From NCBI GenBank assembly GCA_035250975.1, contig DATFEP010000061.1, positions 96,001-160,000 on the forward strand: a stretch of 64,000 bases of DNA, written 5' to 3'. A program made the translations under genes and the position numbers. This stretch comes from Nitrososphaeraceae archaeon (GTDB lineage Archaea > Thermoproteota > Nitrososphaeria > Nitrososphaerales > Nitrososphaeraceae). Of this stretch, positions 28,861-39,385 are shown piece by piece. The notes below the pieces were generated by a model. That model was not told the DNA's origin. It worked only from the letters and a program-made list of their open reading frames with translations, and made no database searches. Within the stretch, counting starts at the first letter, position 1. Each line of letters starts with the position of its first letter.

Positions 28861-30735
28861 ATGACGTTTACAAATTTCGGTAATGAAAATAGTAATCAAA
28901 ATATAATGACCGTTATTTTGAAAAGCCTTCCAAAAGAATCAGGATTGACTAAAATCGAATACGAAGGACCGGCAATAGCCCTATACACTCGTAATCCAAA
29001 ATTTTTGATTGAAAATTCTCAACCTTTGGCAAATATGGTTAGTATCATCCGAAAAAGGATTGTGATTAGAACCGACGAATCCATAAGAAAATCGGAAAAA
29101 GAATCATCATTAATTATACAAAAATACTTTACTTCAAATAATGTAAAAAAGATTTTTTTTGACTATGCATTAGGTGAAATAACGATTTACACAAACGATC
29201 TTTCAGAACGTGCGTCAAAAGATGGTAAATTCAGTATTCTAGACCTAGTTGCTGAAACAGGGTGGAAGATCAAGATCAGAAAATCTCCAGAGATCCCTCC
29301 TTCAATTCAATTCATAAATAAAGTATTGAACGATGCTTCTGATTATCGAATAAAATTTTATAAAAAAGTTGGGGAAAATCTTTTCCGATCAAAGCTAAGT
29401 AATATTCATGAAGCTAGTGTGTTAGCATTGGGAGGTTTTGGAGAAATAGGAAGATCCTGTTTTTTACTCGTTACTAGTGAAAGCAAAATTTTATTGGATT
29501 GTGGAATTAATGTTCAAGAGAACAGATCAATACAACATTTCCCAAGATTAGATATTACTGGTTTTCGAATTGAAGAAATCGATGGGGTAGTAATTAGTCA
29601 TGCACATATAGACCATATCGGATTTCTACCTTTTCTTTTTAAATACGGATATCGTGGACCAGTCTATTGTACAGAACCGACATTGCCTTTAATGGCTTTG
29701 CTCTTTCTAGATTACAGCAAAAATCATGGTATATACTCGAACGATGATATTAAAAATGTCATAATACATACTATTACATTGAATCTAGGTGAAGTGACTG
29801 ATATAACACCGGATATTAAATTAACGTTATATAATTCTGGACACATTCTAGGTTCGGTATCTACTCACCTTCATATTGGAAATGGTGATCACAATGTTGT
29901 ATATACTGGTGATCTAAAATTCGGGAAAACTAATCTACTGGATAATGCATCTTGGAATTTTCCGAGAGTAGAAACATTGATAATTGAAGGTACTTTTGGA
30001 TCTAGGGATTCTCCACATAAACGTGATGAATATGGTCCATTTCTGATTGAAAGCATTAATCAGACTCTTAGGTCAAATGGAAAAGTTCTAATTCCAATTC
30101 CAATTATAGGCCTTTCTCAGGAACTTATATACATATTAAACCAATATCAAAATTCTGGTGCATTGGATCCAGTGCCTATATTTGTGGATAATTCCATTCT
30201 TGAATCTACCAATATTTATGAAATGTATCATGAGTATCTTTCAAAAGATCTAAAAGAAAAACTGTCAATATACAATACAAACATATTCAATCAGGACAAT
30301 CTTATATCAATTCCATCAAGGTGGAAAATCGATAAACCCGCAATTATTTTAGCTCCGTCTTCATTGTTGGTAGGAGGAACTTCAGTCAGGATCTTGAAAC
30401 AAATATGTAAAGATCCAAATAATAAAATCTTATTGCTGTCTTATCAAGCTCAAGGAACACCAGGAAATGAAATTCAATTAGGAACCAAAGAGATATTCAT
30501 TAATAGACAAAAAATCGATATTAGATGTAAAGTAGATTCCATCCATGGCTTTAGTAACCATAGTGACTACAATCAACTTCTCGCCTATGTTAGCCGTCTA
30601 AAGCCAAAACTTAAACGGGTAATTGTAAATCATGGAGAAAAACCTCGAGTCCAAAATTTAGCCGTTTCCATTAACAAGATTCTTAATATTCCTTGTCATT
30701 ATCTTTTAGTACCTGAAGCAACAAAACTATTATGA
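28861..30735 (+). CDS. beta-CASP ribonuclease, aCPSF1-like (probably the divergent aCPSF1b paralog)
   Basis: N-terminal KH-like region (IEYEGP), LGGFGEIGRS, LLDCG, SHAHIDH, GHILGS, YTGD, IEGTFG, GFSNHSD, VNHGE. Confidence 0.85.
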   Translation: MTFTNFGNENSNQNIMTVILKSLPKESGLTKIEYEGPAIALYTRNPKFLIENSQPLANMVSIIRKRIVIRTDESIRKSEKESSLIIQKYFTSNNVKKIFFDYALGEITIYTNDLSERASKDGKFSILDLVAETGWKIKIRKSPEIPPSIQFINKVLNDASDYRIKFYKKVGENLFRSKLSNIHEASVLALGGFGEIGRSCFLLVTSESKILLDCGINVQENRSIQHFPRLDITGFRIEEIDGVVISHAHIDHIGFLPFLFKYGYRGPVYCTEPTLPLMALLFLDYSKNHGIYSNDDIKNVIIHTITLNLGEVTDITPDIKLTLYNSGHILGSVSTHLHIGNGDHNVVYTGDLKFGKTNLLDNASWNFPRVETLIIEGTFGSRDSPHKRDEYGPFLIESINQTLRSNGKVLIPIPIIGLSQELIYILNQYQNSGALDPVPIFVDNSILESTNIYEMYHEYLSKDLKEKLSIYNTNIFNQDNLISIPSRWKIDKPAIILAPSSLLVGGTSVRILKQICKDPNNKILLLSYQAQGTPGNEIQLGTKEIFINRQKIDIRCKVDSIHGFSNHSDYNQLLAYVSRLKPKLKRVIVNHGEKPRVQNLAVSINKILNIPCHYLLVPEATKLL

Positions 30736-30816
30736 CTAGCAAGATATTCAATTTCATTTGCTTTTTCTTTAACGCCAAGCATTAGATTTAAACATGTTAG
30801 TCTTTCTTTAAATGAT

Positions 30817-31530
30817 ATGAATAAGGAAAATTCCATCAAGTCTTCACTAGACCTTATTTCTAAAAAATGGCATATTGATCGTAAAATCTATGACATTCAT
30901 CTCGGAAGACGAAAGGATGTAGTAGATACATTAATTCAAATCAATCAAGTTACCTTTCACGTTCCGAAGTTATCTGATGACAACCTTTATGTAATATGGA
31001 AGTGTTTGTGGCCAGATTGTCATAATTGTTGTGAAAAACAAGGTCGATTGCCATTAACAAAAGATGATATTAATAACATTAGCAAAAATCTCGGATATCC
31101 TTCAAAACCCGATTTCATAAGAAATGAAACGAATATATCAACTTGGGAAGAAGAAGGTAACTTTGGTAATTTAATCACTATTACAACAATGATCTCTTTA
31201 AAAAGAAAAAAAGATGAAAAGGTCGAAGATGATGGAAATCCTATTAGATGCAGATTCTTAGATAAGGAAGGATATTGTCAAATTCAATCAGACAAACCTG
31301 GCGTTTGTTGGTTATATCCATTTGCTTCTTGGACAGAATCTTCTAATGGAAAACCCGTAGTCCATGCTACTTTTCAATTTACAGGAGATTGTCCTGGTTA
31401 TTATCTCAGTGAAACAATAGATGACTTGATTCCAATATTAAATGAATATTCGATTAAAATCTATAAATACAATATGAGTGTTAATAGGACGATAAGAGAT
31501 GGTTTAGGTATCTCCAATATTATTTATTAA
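30817..31530 (+). CDS. YkgJ/CxxCxxCC-family Cys-cluster protein
   Basis: CLWPDCHNCC, CRFLD..G.C.I..KP.VC.LYPF, CPG. Confidence 0.8.
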   Translation: MNKENSIKSSLDLISKKWHIDRKIYDIHLGRRKDVVDTLIQINQVTFHVPKLSDDNLYVIWKCLWPDCHNCCEKQGRLPLTKDDINNISKNLGYPSKPDFIRNETNISTWEEEGNFGNLITITTMISLKRKKDEKVEDDGNPIRCRFLDKEGYCQIQSDKPGVCWLYPFASWTESSNGKPVVHATFQFTGDCPGYYLSETIDDLIPILNEYSIKIYKYNMSVNRTIRDGLGISNIIY

Positions 31531-31659
31531 TCTTTACTGAGGTTAAAAAATTTGATATTTTGATGGTATAAGTTAGACATTTTAATAAATAGCTTCTGTA
31601 TATAAAGAAGATAGATTTAGATTTTTTTCCTTAAATGCCATTAGATAAACTAAATATTT

Positions 31660-32085
31660 ATGCAAATCCTACTAGGTATTATGAATTCCGGTATTAACAA
31701 TCCATCCAATCTTAAGACAGGAGCAGATTTATTGTTAAAAGGAGGCTCCCTATTGGATATTCCTTGTAGTAATTGCGGCGGGGTACAAATTCGCTACAAG
31801 ACAAAAATAACATGCATTAATTGCGGCAAAGAGACACCAGAAATTAAAGATCACGTTGACACAAATTCTTTGAACCTACATTATAAAAAAAACGAAGCTC
31901 ATGAAAATCAATTAAATTCTAATATCGCTATCGCAGGATTTGACAAAATCATCATTCAAAAAATCTCAAATTTGTTCGATAGTCTAAAAGATGATAACGA
32001 TCTTTTAAATCAAAGTACCAAGCTAGAACTGATAATTAAATACATAGAAATACTAGAAAAAATCCCTAAAATTTTAAAAACTTGA
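31660..32085 (+). CDS. UPF0148 / Sjogren autoantigen p27-like Zn-ribbon protein
   Basis: GADLLLKGGSLL..PCSNCG...CINCG. Confidence 0.8.
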   Translation: MQILLGIMNSGINNPSNLKTGADLLLKGGSLLDIPCSNCGGVQIRYKTKITCINCGKETPEIKDHVDTNSLNLHYKKNEAHENQLNSNIAIAGFDKIIIQKISNLFDSLKDDNDLLNQSTKLELIIKYIEILEKIPKILKT

Positions 32086-32131
32086 CAATCCCTTGCATTT
32101 GGATTGTGTCCTGATAATTATTACAAATGAA

Positions 32132-33196
32132 CTAAATTCGCATATTTTCAACGTATTGACTTTCTATTGGAAGAATTTTGACTTCTTTTTCATTATCATC
32201 GGTAATTATTCTTACTATTGATAGATCATTCTTTGGTGCGTCAGAATATCTTAGTCCTATTCTTGCAGAAATCTCAATTTCATCCTCTGTTGTTTCCTTA
32301 GCTCTCAATAAACATGTTGGACCGACATAATCTTTTACTTTTAAAATTATATCCTTTTTTAATTTCATCGTATCTATCATATCATTCTCCTGCTTGTTTC
32401 TACCAACAATAAGTTTATTATTTTTGGACAATCTGAAATGTCTTCCTATTTTTAATAATTCAATGTCGTTGGTATCAGGAATATCGTTACTGTGTAAATA
32501 AAGATCTCTTACTCTTTTAGAGAATGCAGGATCCGTTAATAAACATCCACCAGCAGAATTTGGAGGATTGATGATTTCATATTTCTCTGCTAATTTCAAT
32601 TGAACCTTTCTAGACCTGCCTGTGATATTTCCTAAGAATTCTCTTTTGATCAACCCATCTTTTTCCACTTGTGTAACAGGTAATTTTTTAAATGATAGTG
32701 GTCTTACTATCAATCCATTAGTACCTGTTTCCTTTTCGATAATTTTTAAAGCATTACTATTTTGACTCATTGGCCTTTGACCTAGAACATCACCGGTAAT
32801 GATAAAATCCGCTTCTATCTTTTTCATATGATCTTTAGCTGCCATATACATCATAATCCTGCAATCAATGCAAGGATTCATTCCTGAACCATAACCATAT
32901 TTGGGATTCTTTAACATCTTCAGATATTCTCGACCAAAATAAACAGTTTTCAGACTTACTCCCAATTCTTCAGCAACCTCTTGAACCCGATGGCCACAAC
33001 CTTTTCCACAGTCAAAATCACAAAATGGTGTTTTGATAGCTATAGCCTCAACTTCTACCCCTTGCTCTTGTATCATTCTTATTGCTAAATTACTATCCAA
33101 CCCACCAGATAACAATGCTACCGCCCGCAACTTTGTTTTTTTGTCTTTAGATATTTTCTTTATAAATTCACTCGATTTACCATGGGCAGGCCTCAT
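32132..33196 (-). CDS. ThiI-like PP-loop tRNA-modifying protein with C-terminal DUF814/NFACT-R-like domain
   Basis: SGGLDS, NPCIDC, GDVLGQRPMSQ, GRSRK.Q, AGGCLLTD, GRHFR, IVGRNKQEN. Confidence 0.75.
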   Translation of the reverse strand: MRPAHGKSSEFIKKISKDKKTKLRAVALLSGGLDSNLAIRMIQEQGVEVEAIAIKTPFCDFDCGKGCGHRVQEVAEELGVSLKTVYFGREYLKMLKNPKYGYGSGMNPCIDCRIMMYMAAKDHMKKIEADFIITGDVLGQRPMSQNSNALKIIEKETGTNGLIVRPLSFKKLPVTQVEKDGLIKREFLGNITGRSRKVQLKLAEKYEIINPPNSAGGCLLTDPAFSKRVRDLYLHSNDIPDTNDIELLKIGRHFRLSKNNKLIVGRNKQENDMIDTMKLKKDIILKVKDYVGPTCLLRAKETTEDEIEISARIGLRYSDAPKNDLSIVRIITDDNEKEVKILPIESQYVENMRI

Positions 33197-33278
33197 AACC
33201 TTTTAAATAATTAATCTATATTTATTGTTAAGTTAATAAATATAAAATATATTAATGACAAATATTAGTAAATGAATT

Positions 33279-33419
33279 ATGGTTCTAGAATCAATACCCA
33301 ATTTCGATTCCTACGTGTGGATCGCAGTAGGTTTATTCATCGCTGGTCTATTTTCGATAATGGTTTATGAAAAATCTAATTCACAATCAAAACAGGAGAA
33401 ATCAACAGATCATCAATAA
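33279..33419 (+). CDS. Small single-pass membrane protein, 46 aa (putative)
   Basis: Not in ORF track. MVLESIPNFDSYVWIAVGLFIAGLFSIMVYEKSNSQSKQEKSTDHQ: a clean TM helix followed by a polar tail; TATA-like sequence about 30 nt upstream. Confidence 0.55.
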   Translation: MVLESIPNFDSYVWIAVGLFIAGLFSIMVYEKSNSQSKQEKSTDHQ

Positions 33420-36177
33420 TAAGTTTAGTCCATCGAAGGCTGAATTTGAACATATTGAAAAAATCATAACCAGTCAATATTATGATTATGGGTTTAATTC
33501 GCTTACTCGTATACAAAACTTAGCTTTAAAGGTGATAGTCAGAGATTATAATTGCCTCTTAGTAGCACCAACTGGATCAGGAAAAACAGAAGCTGCGCTA
33601 TTACCTGTAATTAAGTTGCTTTCTTTATTTAAAGGAGAAGCAGGGATCAAAGTAATTTATGTGACCCCCTTAAGATCTCTTAATAATGATGTTTTGCGTA
33701 GAATAATTCGATATGCTGACACAGAGAAATTAACTGTCGAAATAAGACACGGTGACACCCCAGCCAAAACGAAAAAGAAAATAACTCATAATCCTCCAGA
33801 TATCTTGATAACTACGCCTGAATCGATTCCAATACTTTTAACTATCGAGAATCTGTTGAAAGCTTTTCAATCCTTAAAATGGGTTATTATTGATGAGGTC
33901 CATGAATTGGTTTCCAATGAACGAGGTTCTCATTTGTCTCTGTCGCTTGAAAGATTGCAGCAACATTCCAGGAATATTATAACAAGAATAGGATTATCAG
34001 CAACATTGGGAAATGTAAAAGAAACAGGTAAGTTTCTTGTCGGATCGAATCAAAAATGTGCAATTCTTCAAGATCGATCTGTGAGAGAATATGATCTCAA
34101 GATAAAATTTGTGAACGGTTCCATTTATAATGTAGCCAAATTTATTGTAGAATATATAAAGACGAATAATATTTCAGGTTCCGTTCTTCTATTTACAAAC
34201 ACAAGAGACGAAGCTGAATATTTCGGGACCATTCTTAAGACTCAAAAGGAAGTTAATGTAGACGTACACCATGGTTCTTTATCAAAAGAAATTCGCGAAG
34301 ATGCTGAATATAAATTAAGAACCGGTGCCGCGGGAATAGTCGTATGTACCTCTTCATTAGAATTAGGTTTGGATATTGGTTCAGTTGATCTGGTAATCCA
34401 TTATGGTTCTCCCAGACAAGTTTCAAAATTAATGCAAAGAATTGGGAGAAGTCGTCATCAAAACCGACGTTCAGCTAAAGGATTGATTGTTACTAATATT
34501 CCTGATGATGAAGTTGAGTGTATTGCATTAATTAGAAGAATGCGACATAGATCTGTTGAACAACAATCAATACATTTCAAGTCTCTTGATGTTCTGTCCC
34601 ATCATTTGGTAGGATTGACGTTAGAAAGAAAGGATGACGTTAGTGTTGACAAAGTTTTTTCTATTGTGACAAGAGCATATCCTTTCCTTAATCTTTCAAC
34701 ACGTACCCTTGAATCCTGCCTGGATCTTCTTGATAGAAATAAAATTATAATGTATAATAGAGAAACCAATGCCTTTAGACGTAGAATCAAATCATATAAA
34801 TATTACTTTGAAAATATATCCATGATTCCTCATATTCTCAAGTTTCAAGTTATAGATATTATTAGTAAAAAAAGGATAGGAACATTGGATCAAAAATTCG
34901 TGGGTGATTATGGGGAGAAAGGAAATGTATTTGTACTCAAAGGTACCCAATGGAGGGTCATATCAATTAACGAATCAAAATTCGAGGTCAACGTTGAGCC
35001 ATTATATGGCACTAAGATTAATGTTCCGCACTGGGTAGGTGAATTAATTCCAGTTGATTATTACACCGCTGAAGAAGTAGGAAAAGTCAGAAACTTGATA
35101 GTGGGAAAAAAAATAGGTGCAGACAATTCAGTAATAGATAATTTTTTCAATACATTCAATCTTGTTCCAGACACCAAGAAAATCGTAGTAGAAAGTTCCG
35201 ATACTCAAAATCAAATTGTAATTCATTCCACATTCGGTACAAAAGTAAATAATACCTTCTCATCCTTATTTTCTACAATTATTTCATCGAAATTAGGATA
35301 TGTAGTAGAAACTCGAAGTGATCCATATAGAATTCTTTTAACATCTTCTGCAAGAATTACTAAATTTCACATTCAATCTGTACTTGATGGTGATTACGAT
35401 ATTGAATCAATCCTGATCGCGTCGCTAAATAATACTTATCTTTTAAATTGGAAAGTGTGGATGGTAGCGAAAAGACTTGGTATAATTAGCAAAGAGGCAC
35501 TATATAATAAAAAAATTGCAAGGTTGATTTATGATAGATACGCGAAAACACCACTAAGTGAAGAGTCGATCAGAGAATTAGTTCATGAAAAATATGATAT
35601 CCTACTAACAAGACAAGTATTAAACGCTTTTAAAAAACAAATTATCAATTTGCATTGGGTTAGAATATCGGATTTCTCAGAACTAGCTAAACCAATCCTT
35701 GATCATTCAACTAAATTTTCCTCAGCCCCCACATCTATTGAGACCGGTGTTATAGAGCTTATCAAAGAAAGACTTGACAAGACGAAACAAAAACTTATAT
35801 GTATACGATGCGGAAAATGGGAACGTACATTTACTGTCCATGAAACTCCTTCAAATATTTTATGCACTTATTGTAAATCTCGACTCATAACACTTACTTC
35901 TTGGTATGATAACGACCTCAAAAAAATAATATTAAAAAAAATTGAAAGAAAGATGTTAAAGGAGGACGAATCTCATAAGTTTGAACGCGCATGGAAAATA
36001 TCTTCTTTGATAAATAATTTTGGAAAAAAAGCTGTATTAGTACTTGCAGGACATGGAATCGGTGCTGATACAGCGGCGAGAATCCTGCGTGATTATGTAG
36101 ATGATGAAGAAATATTCAGACAAATATACAAGGCAGAACGACAATACGTAATGACAAGAGGATTTTGGGACAATTAG
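33367..36177 (+). CDS. lhr: Lhr-family SF2 helicase with Cys-rich C-terminus
   Basis: APTGSGKT, RHGDT, ITTPES, IDEVH, GLSAT, HHGSLS, LELGLDIG, QRIGRSRH, CIRC...CTYC, TRGFWD. Confidence 0.93.
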   Translation: MKNLIHNQNRRNQQIINNKFSPSKAEFEHIEKIITSQYYDYGFNSLTRIQNLALKVIVRDYNCLLVAPTGSGKTEAALLPVIKLLSLFKGEAGIKVIYVTPLRSLNNDVLRRIIRYADTEKLTVEIRHGDTPAKTKKKITHNPPDILITTPESIPILLTIENLLKAFQSLKWVIIDEVHELVSNERGSHLSLSLERLQQHSRNIITRIGLSATLGNVKETGKFLVGSNQKCAILQDRSVREYDLKIKFVNGSIYNVAKFIVEYIKTNNISGSVLLFTNTRDEAEYFGTILKTQKEVNVDVHHGSLSKEIREDAEYKLRTGAAGIVVCTSSLELGLDIGSVDLVIHYGSPRQVSKLMQRIGRSRHQNRRSAKGLIVTNIPDDEVECIALIRRMRHRSVEQQSIHFKSLDVLSHHLVGLTLERKDDVSVDKVFSIVTRAYPFLNLSTRTLESCLDLLDRNKIIMYNRETNAFRRRIKSYKYYFENISMIPHILKFQVIDIISKKRIGTLDQKFVGDYGEKGNVFVLKGTQWRVISINESKFEVNVEPLYGTKINVPHWVGELIPVDYYTAEEVGKVRNLIVGKKIGADNSVIDNFFNTFNLVPDTKKIVVESSDTQNQIVIHSTFGTKVNNTFSSLFSTIISSKLGYVVETRSDPYRILLTSSARITKFHIQSVLDGDYDIESILIASLNNTYLLNWKVWMVAKRLGIISKEALYNKKIARLIYDRYAKTPLSEESIRELVHEKYDILLTRQVLNAFKKQIINLHWVRISDFSELAKPILDHSTKFSSAPTSIETGVIELIKERLDKTKQKLICIRCGKWERTFTVHETPSNILCTYCKSRLITLTSWYDNDLKKIILKKIERKMLKEDESHKFERAWKISSLINNFGKKAVLVLAGHGIGADTAARILRDYVDDEEIFRQIYKAERQYVMTRGFWDN

Positions 36178-36183
36178 ATATTT

Positions 36184-37632
36184 TTAATTTATTTTTCTAA
36201 TTTCAGAAAATCCTTTTAACGTTATTTCAATTTTATTCTCTCTTCCCATTCCTGCAACTGCTCCAATAACTTTAATTCTATTGCCCACAACCAGTTTTGA
36301 AACTAGGCGACTCTGCTCTCTCCATCCTGTTAATCTAATTTCTCCAGTATCGTCTCCTATAAGGGTATCACTTACTGTAACATTTTCTCCACTTTTTGTT
36401 GTTATTTCTGATGTATTGGGAGATTGTAAAACAATTGCTTCTATTATGTAAGGTTTATCAGAAATTTCTATATTCTTAATTTTTGATTCTAGCTCTAATT
36501 CATTAGGGAAAGACTCGTACTTGTCATCTATAATTCTAATAAATGAATCTTCATCGGTAAAATAAAAAATATTTCCAAATACCTTATTAGGTATTCCTTC
36601 AATAATTGTATTAGCGATTATTTCTTCATTAATTATTTTACGATCTATCACTACAGATACAAAATTCCTATTTTTGTCTATAGCCAGGTAGTTTTCATTT
36701 AGGGTGTCTTCTCTGTTCGAATTTGAGATGATTTTCAAAATTACTACCTTTCCCTCTTCTACTTTCTCCTCTGAATCAATGATCTCTATTATGGTAGCTT
36801 CGTCTCCATGTATCTCTAATTCTTCTCCGCTATATTGAGGATTTCCTTGTTTGATTTTTACTCCTGTTAATTTTATTTTAGAACCACTTATAAAAATATC
36901 AGGAATTTTATCTTCGTTTATGTTCCAAATAACGCTTCGAAGAGATCTACTTTTATCTTCATTTGATAATATCACTTGTAATGATTTGCCAGGTTCATTC
37001 CTAAAGTTAGTGTATCTTGATATTCTTGGATTGGATGATATGTATCCAGTTACTACGATATTTTCTAGGGGTTCTCGTATTTCTTCAATATTTTTGGTTC
37101 GTTGGTCAATTGATGGGATATCTGTATCATCTTTAATTGTCTCTAATATGCCTCTTGTACCTAAATTTATGATGGGCTTGTTATCTAAGCCGGACTTAAC
37201 ATAACCATGTGAAACTTTTATGATGTCACCAGGTTTTAGTTTCTCATTTTCAGGAAAATTAACATGATTATCCCATAGTCTCAATTTAATGGATGAAAAG
37301 CTATCATAGATTGTTAATGTTCTAGTCTGTATTTCCTCATTTGTGTCTCTTCTTGTATATCTCTTAATTGGATATACGTTTATTATTCTTGCAATAAGGT
37401 TAACATCGTTTGCTCCTATGTAAAGGTCCTTTATATAGGTTTGAACATCTTGTGCACTATCAAATGATATACCAAGATCCGATGCTACCAGAAATAATGC
37501 ACCTTGGTCCGTCAAGTAACCTGCACCGATTTTTCTTTTCTTCTCATCTATTAGATCTCTTATTTCTTCAGCAGTTATTTCTGGCAGCTGCTTGAGAATA
37601 ATTTCGATCATTTTCTTAAATTCTAGTGACAA
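36184..37632 (-). CDS. rpa: Replication protein A-like multi-OB-fold ssDNA-binding protein
   Basis: GAGYLTDQGALFLVASDLG N-terminus, several OB folds (IKDL...LRLWD; GDDTGEIRLTGW). Confidence 0.8.
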   Translation of the reverse strand: MSLEFKKMIEIILKQLPEITAEEIRDLIDEKKRKIGAGYLTDQGALFLVASDLGISFDSAQDVQTYIKDLYIGANDVNLIARIINVYPIKRYTRRDTNEEIQTRTLTIYDSFSSIKLRLWDNHVNFPENEKLKPGDIIKVSHGYVKSGLDNKPIINLGTRGILETIKDDTDIPSIDQRTKNIEEIREPLENIVVTGYISSNPRISRYTNFRNEPGKSLQVILSNEDKSRSLRSVIWNINEDKIPDIFISGSKIKLTGVKIKQGNPQYSGEELEIHGDEATIIEIIDSEEKVEEGKVVILKIISNSNREDTLNENYLAIDKNRNFVSVVIDRKIINEEIIANTIIEGIPNKVFGNIFYFTDEDSFIRIIDDKYESFPNELELESKIKNIEISDKPYIIEAIVLQSPNTSEITTKSGENVTVSDTLIGDDTGEIRLTGWREQSRLVSKLVVGNRIKVIGAVAGMGRENKIEITLKGFSEIRKIN

Positions 37633-37877
37633 AGTATATCTATCATTTTATACTATATCACTATCCTATATGTTTTAATCCATTGCAAATTGATAACATT
37701 TATTTTTTAGATATTCTTGAATTAAATTATCGAATAAAAAACATTTTTTCCTTTTAAATCATTCTTAAATCCATTAAATATTAAAAACATTAAATTTACT
37801 ATTTCTGGATAACTATTAACAGTTCAACTGGATTATATCTTTGGTCAAAACTTTAAATAAATTAATACAATAATAAT

Positions 37878-38012
37878 ATGAAGACTCTCATCATATTTAT
37901 AATATCTCTGGTTTTCTTACCAAATGTTTTTGCACAAACTTCGACTGATCTAATGATCAAAGATATGCAAATTAATTATATTATCAACCTACCATTTTTA
38001 TTAAGAGAATAA
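37878..38012 (+). pseudogene. 44-aa ORF with a clear signal peptide; probable truncated secreted-protein gene
   Basis: MKTLIIFIISLVFLPNVFA|QTSTDLMIK..., stop after only 25 mature residues. Confidence 0.4.
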
Positions 38013-38025
38013 ATATTCTATAGTT

Positions 38026-38352
38026 ATGATAATTCGTTATTTTGTGGAGCCTGAAATTAACTATGTTTATAATGAAAACGGTAATCTGGATTCTGAAATT
38101 CAATCAGGTTATGGTAGTGAAGTAATAGGAGATCCAGAATATTGTTGTGAAGCTTTAGAAAAAAATTTCTGGTTAGAATTGATGGATCCAGAATATTATG
38201 AAAATGACAATCCGAGGAAAATAAAGGAGCCAAAGATAGTTCTTGGGTTTGCAAATTACTCTGGCGGTTATACAATTGTAGGTGGTGAAGATGGAATTAA
38301 ATTTTGTCCGTTTTGTGGCGAAAAAATTGTTTTAGAATTAGTAGAACGATAA
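38026..38352 (+). CDS. Hypothetical acidic Zn-binding protein (CC...CPFCG)
   Basis: YCCEAL and C-terminal IKFCPFCGEKI motifs; very acidic. Confidence 0.7.
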   Translation: MIIRYFVEPEINYVYNENGNLDSEIQSGYGSEVIGDPEYCCEALEKNFWLELMDPEYYENDNPRKIKEPKIVLGFANYSGGYTIVGGEDGIKFCPFCGEKIVLELVER

Positions 38353-38578
38353 GAATTATTAAAAATCACTATTACAAGAATCTGAAAATTCTCATCTGAT
38401 AATATTAAAAATATTCTTAAACAACACATATAATAATAATTGCTGTTTGAATAGATTTTTGCATAAAATCTGAACTATTTGATTTTCTTATTGAGGTTTT
38501 AATGACTTACAAATGAATATGAATTTTCTAAAAGATATTATTTATATCGACTTCTCATAAATATGTAATACGGCAAAT

Positions 38579-39079
38579 GTGAACGAATGCTCTTTCATAG
38601 CTGATGCGATGTTAGGTAAAATTGCAAGAAAATTAAGGATGTTTGGTTATGATACCGTCTATGAATCGAATGCAAAAGATGATTATTTTATATTTCCAGA
38701 AGTTCATACTAATAGAATAATTTTAACAAGTGACAAAGAATTGTTTAATAGATGTAGGAAAAAAAGTTTTGGCATAATTTTGCTTAATAAGAAAACTGAA
38801 TTTGAAAATTTAGTAACAATTTTTTTATCCTTAAAAGTAAAATATATAAATCCAAACCTTTCTTTTTCCCGCTGTACAATTTGTAATGGTTTATTAGGTG
38901 TTGTTGATAATGATAATATTTTTTTTGATGCAAATCATAAATTACCTAAATTAAATAATATTAAAGAATTTTACCAGTGTAAAATCTGTAAAAAAATTTA
39001 CTGGAAAGGAAGTCATGTGAATAATATGCTAGATTTAATTAAAAAAATAAATATAGAACTTTCAAGTCAAAAAAAGTAA
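38579..39079 (+). CDS. Mut7-C RNase domain protein (PIN-like plus Zn ribbon, DUF82)
   Basis: FIADAMLGKIARKLRMFGYDT, ILTSDKEL, RCTICNG, CKICKKIYWKGSH. Confidence 0.92.
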   Translation: MNECSFIADAMLGKIARKLRMFGYDTVYESNAKDDYFIFPEVHTNRIILTSDKELFNRCRKKSFGIILLNKKTEFENLVTIFLSLKVKYINPNLSFSRCTICNGLLGVVDNDNIFFDANHKLPKLNNIKEFYQCKICKKIYWKGSHVNNMLDLIKKINIELSSQKK

Positions 39080-39385
39080 TGGAACAGCTCTTTTCATGTG
39101 AACTATTTGTTCGTATTCGCTAATTAGTCTTTGATATTTATGGTTATTACTTTTTTTAGGTATTTATTATTTAATCCACAATCGTTCCAGCTGCTAAAAA
39201 CATAGTATAAGGAAACCATGCTAACAATTTTTATCTCATCTTCATAAGAGATGAATATGCATATCTAGGTATAAACATGTAAATTATGGGAAAAATTATG
39301 TGCCAAATCAAAAGTAGATTATCTACTACATCAAATATATTTCTATATAATAACGATTATCACAGGGATCGTTTACGATCATTTC

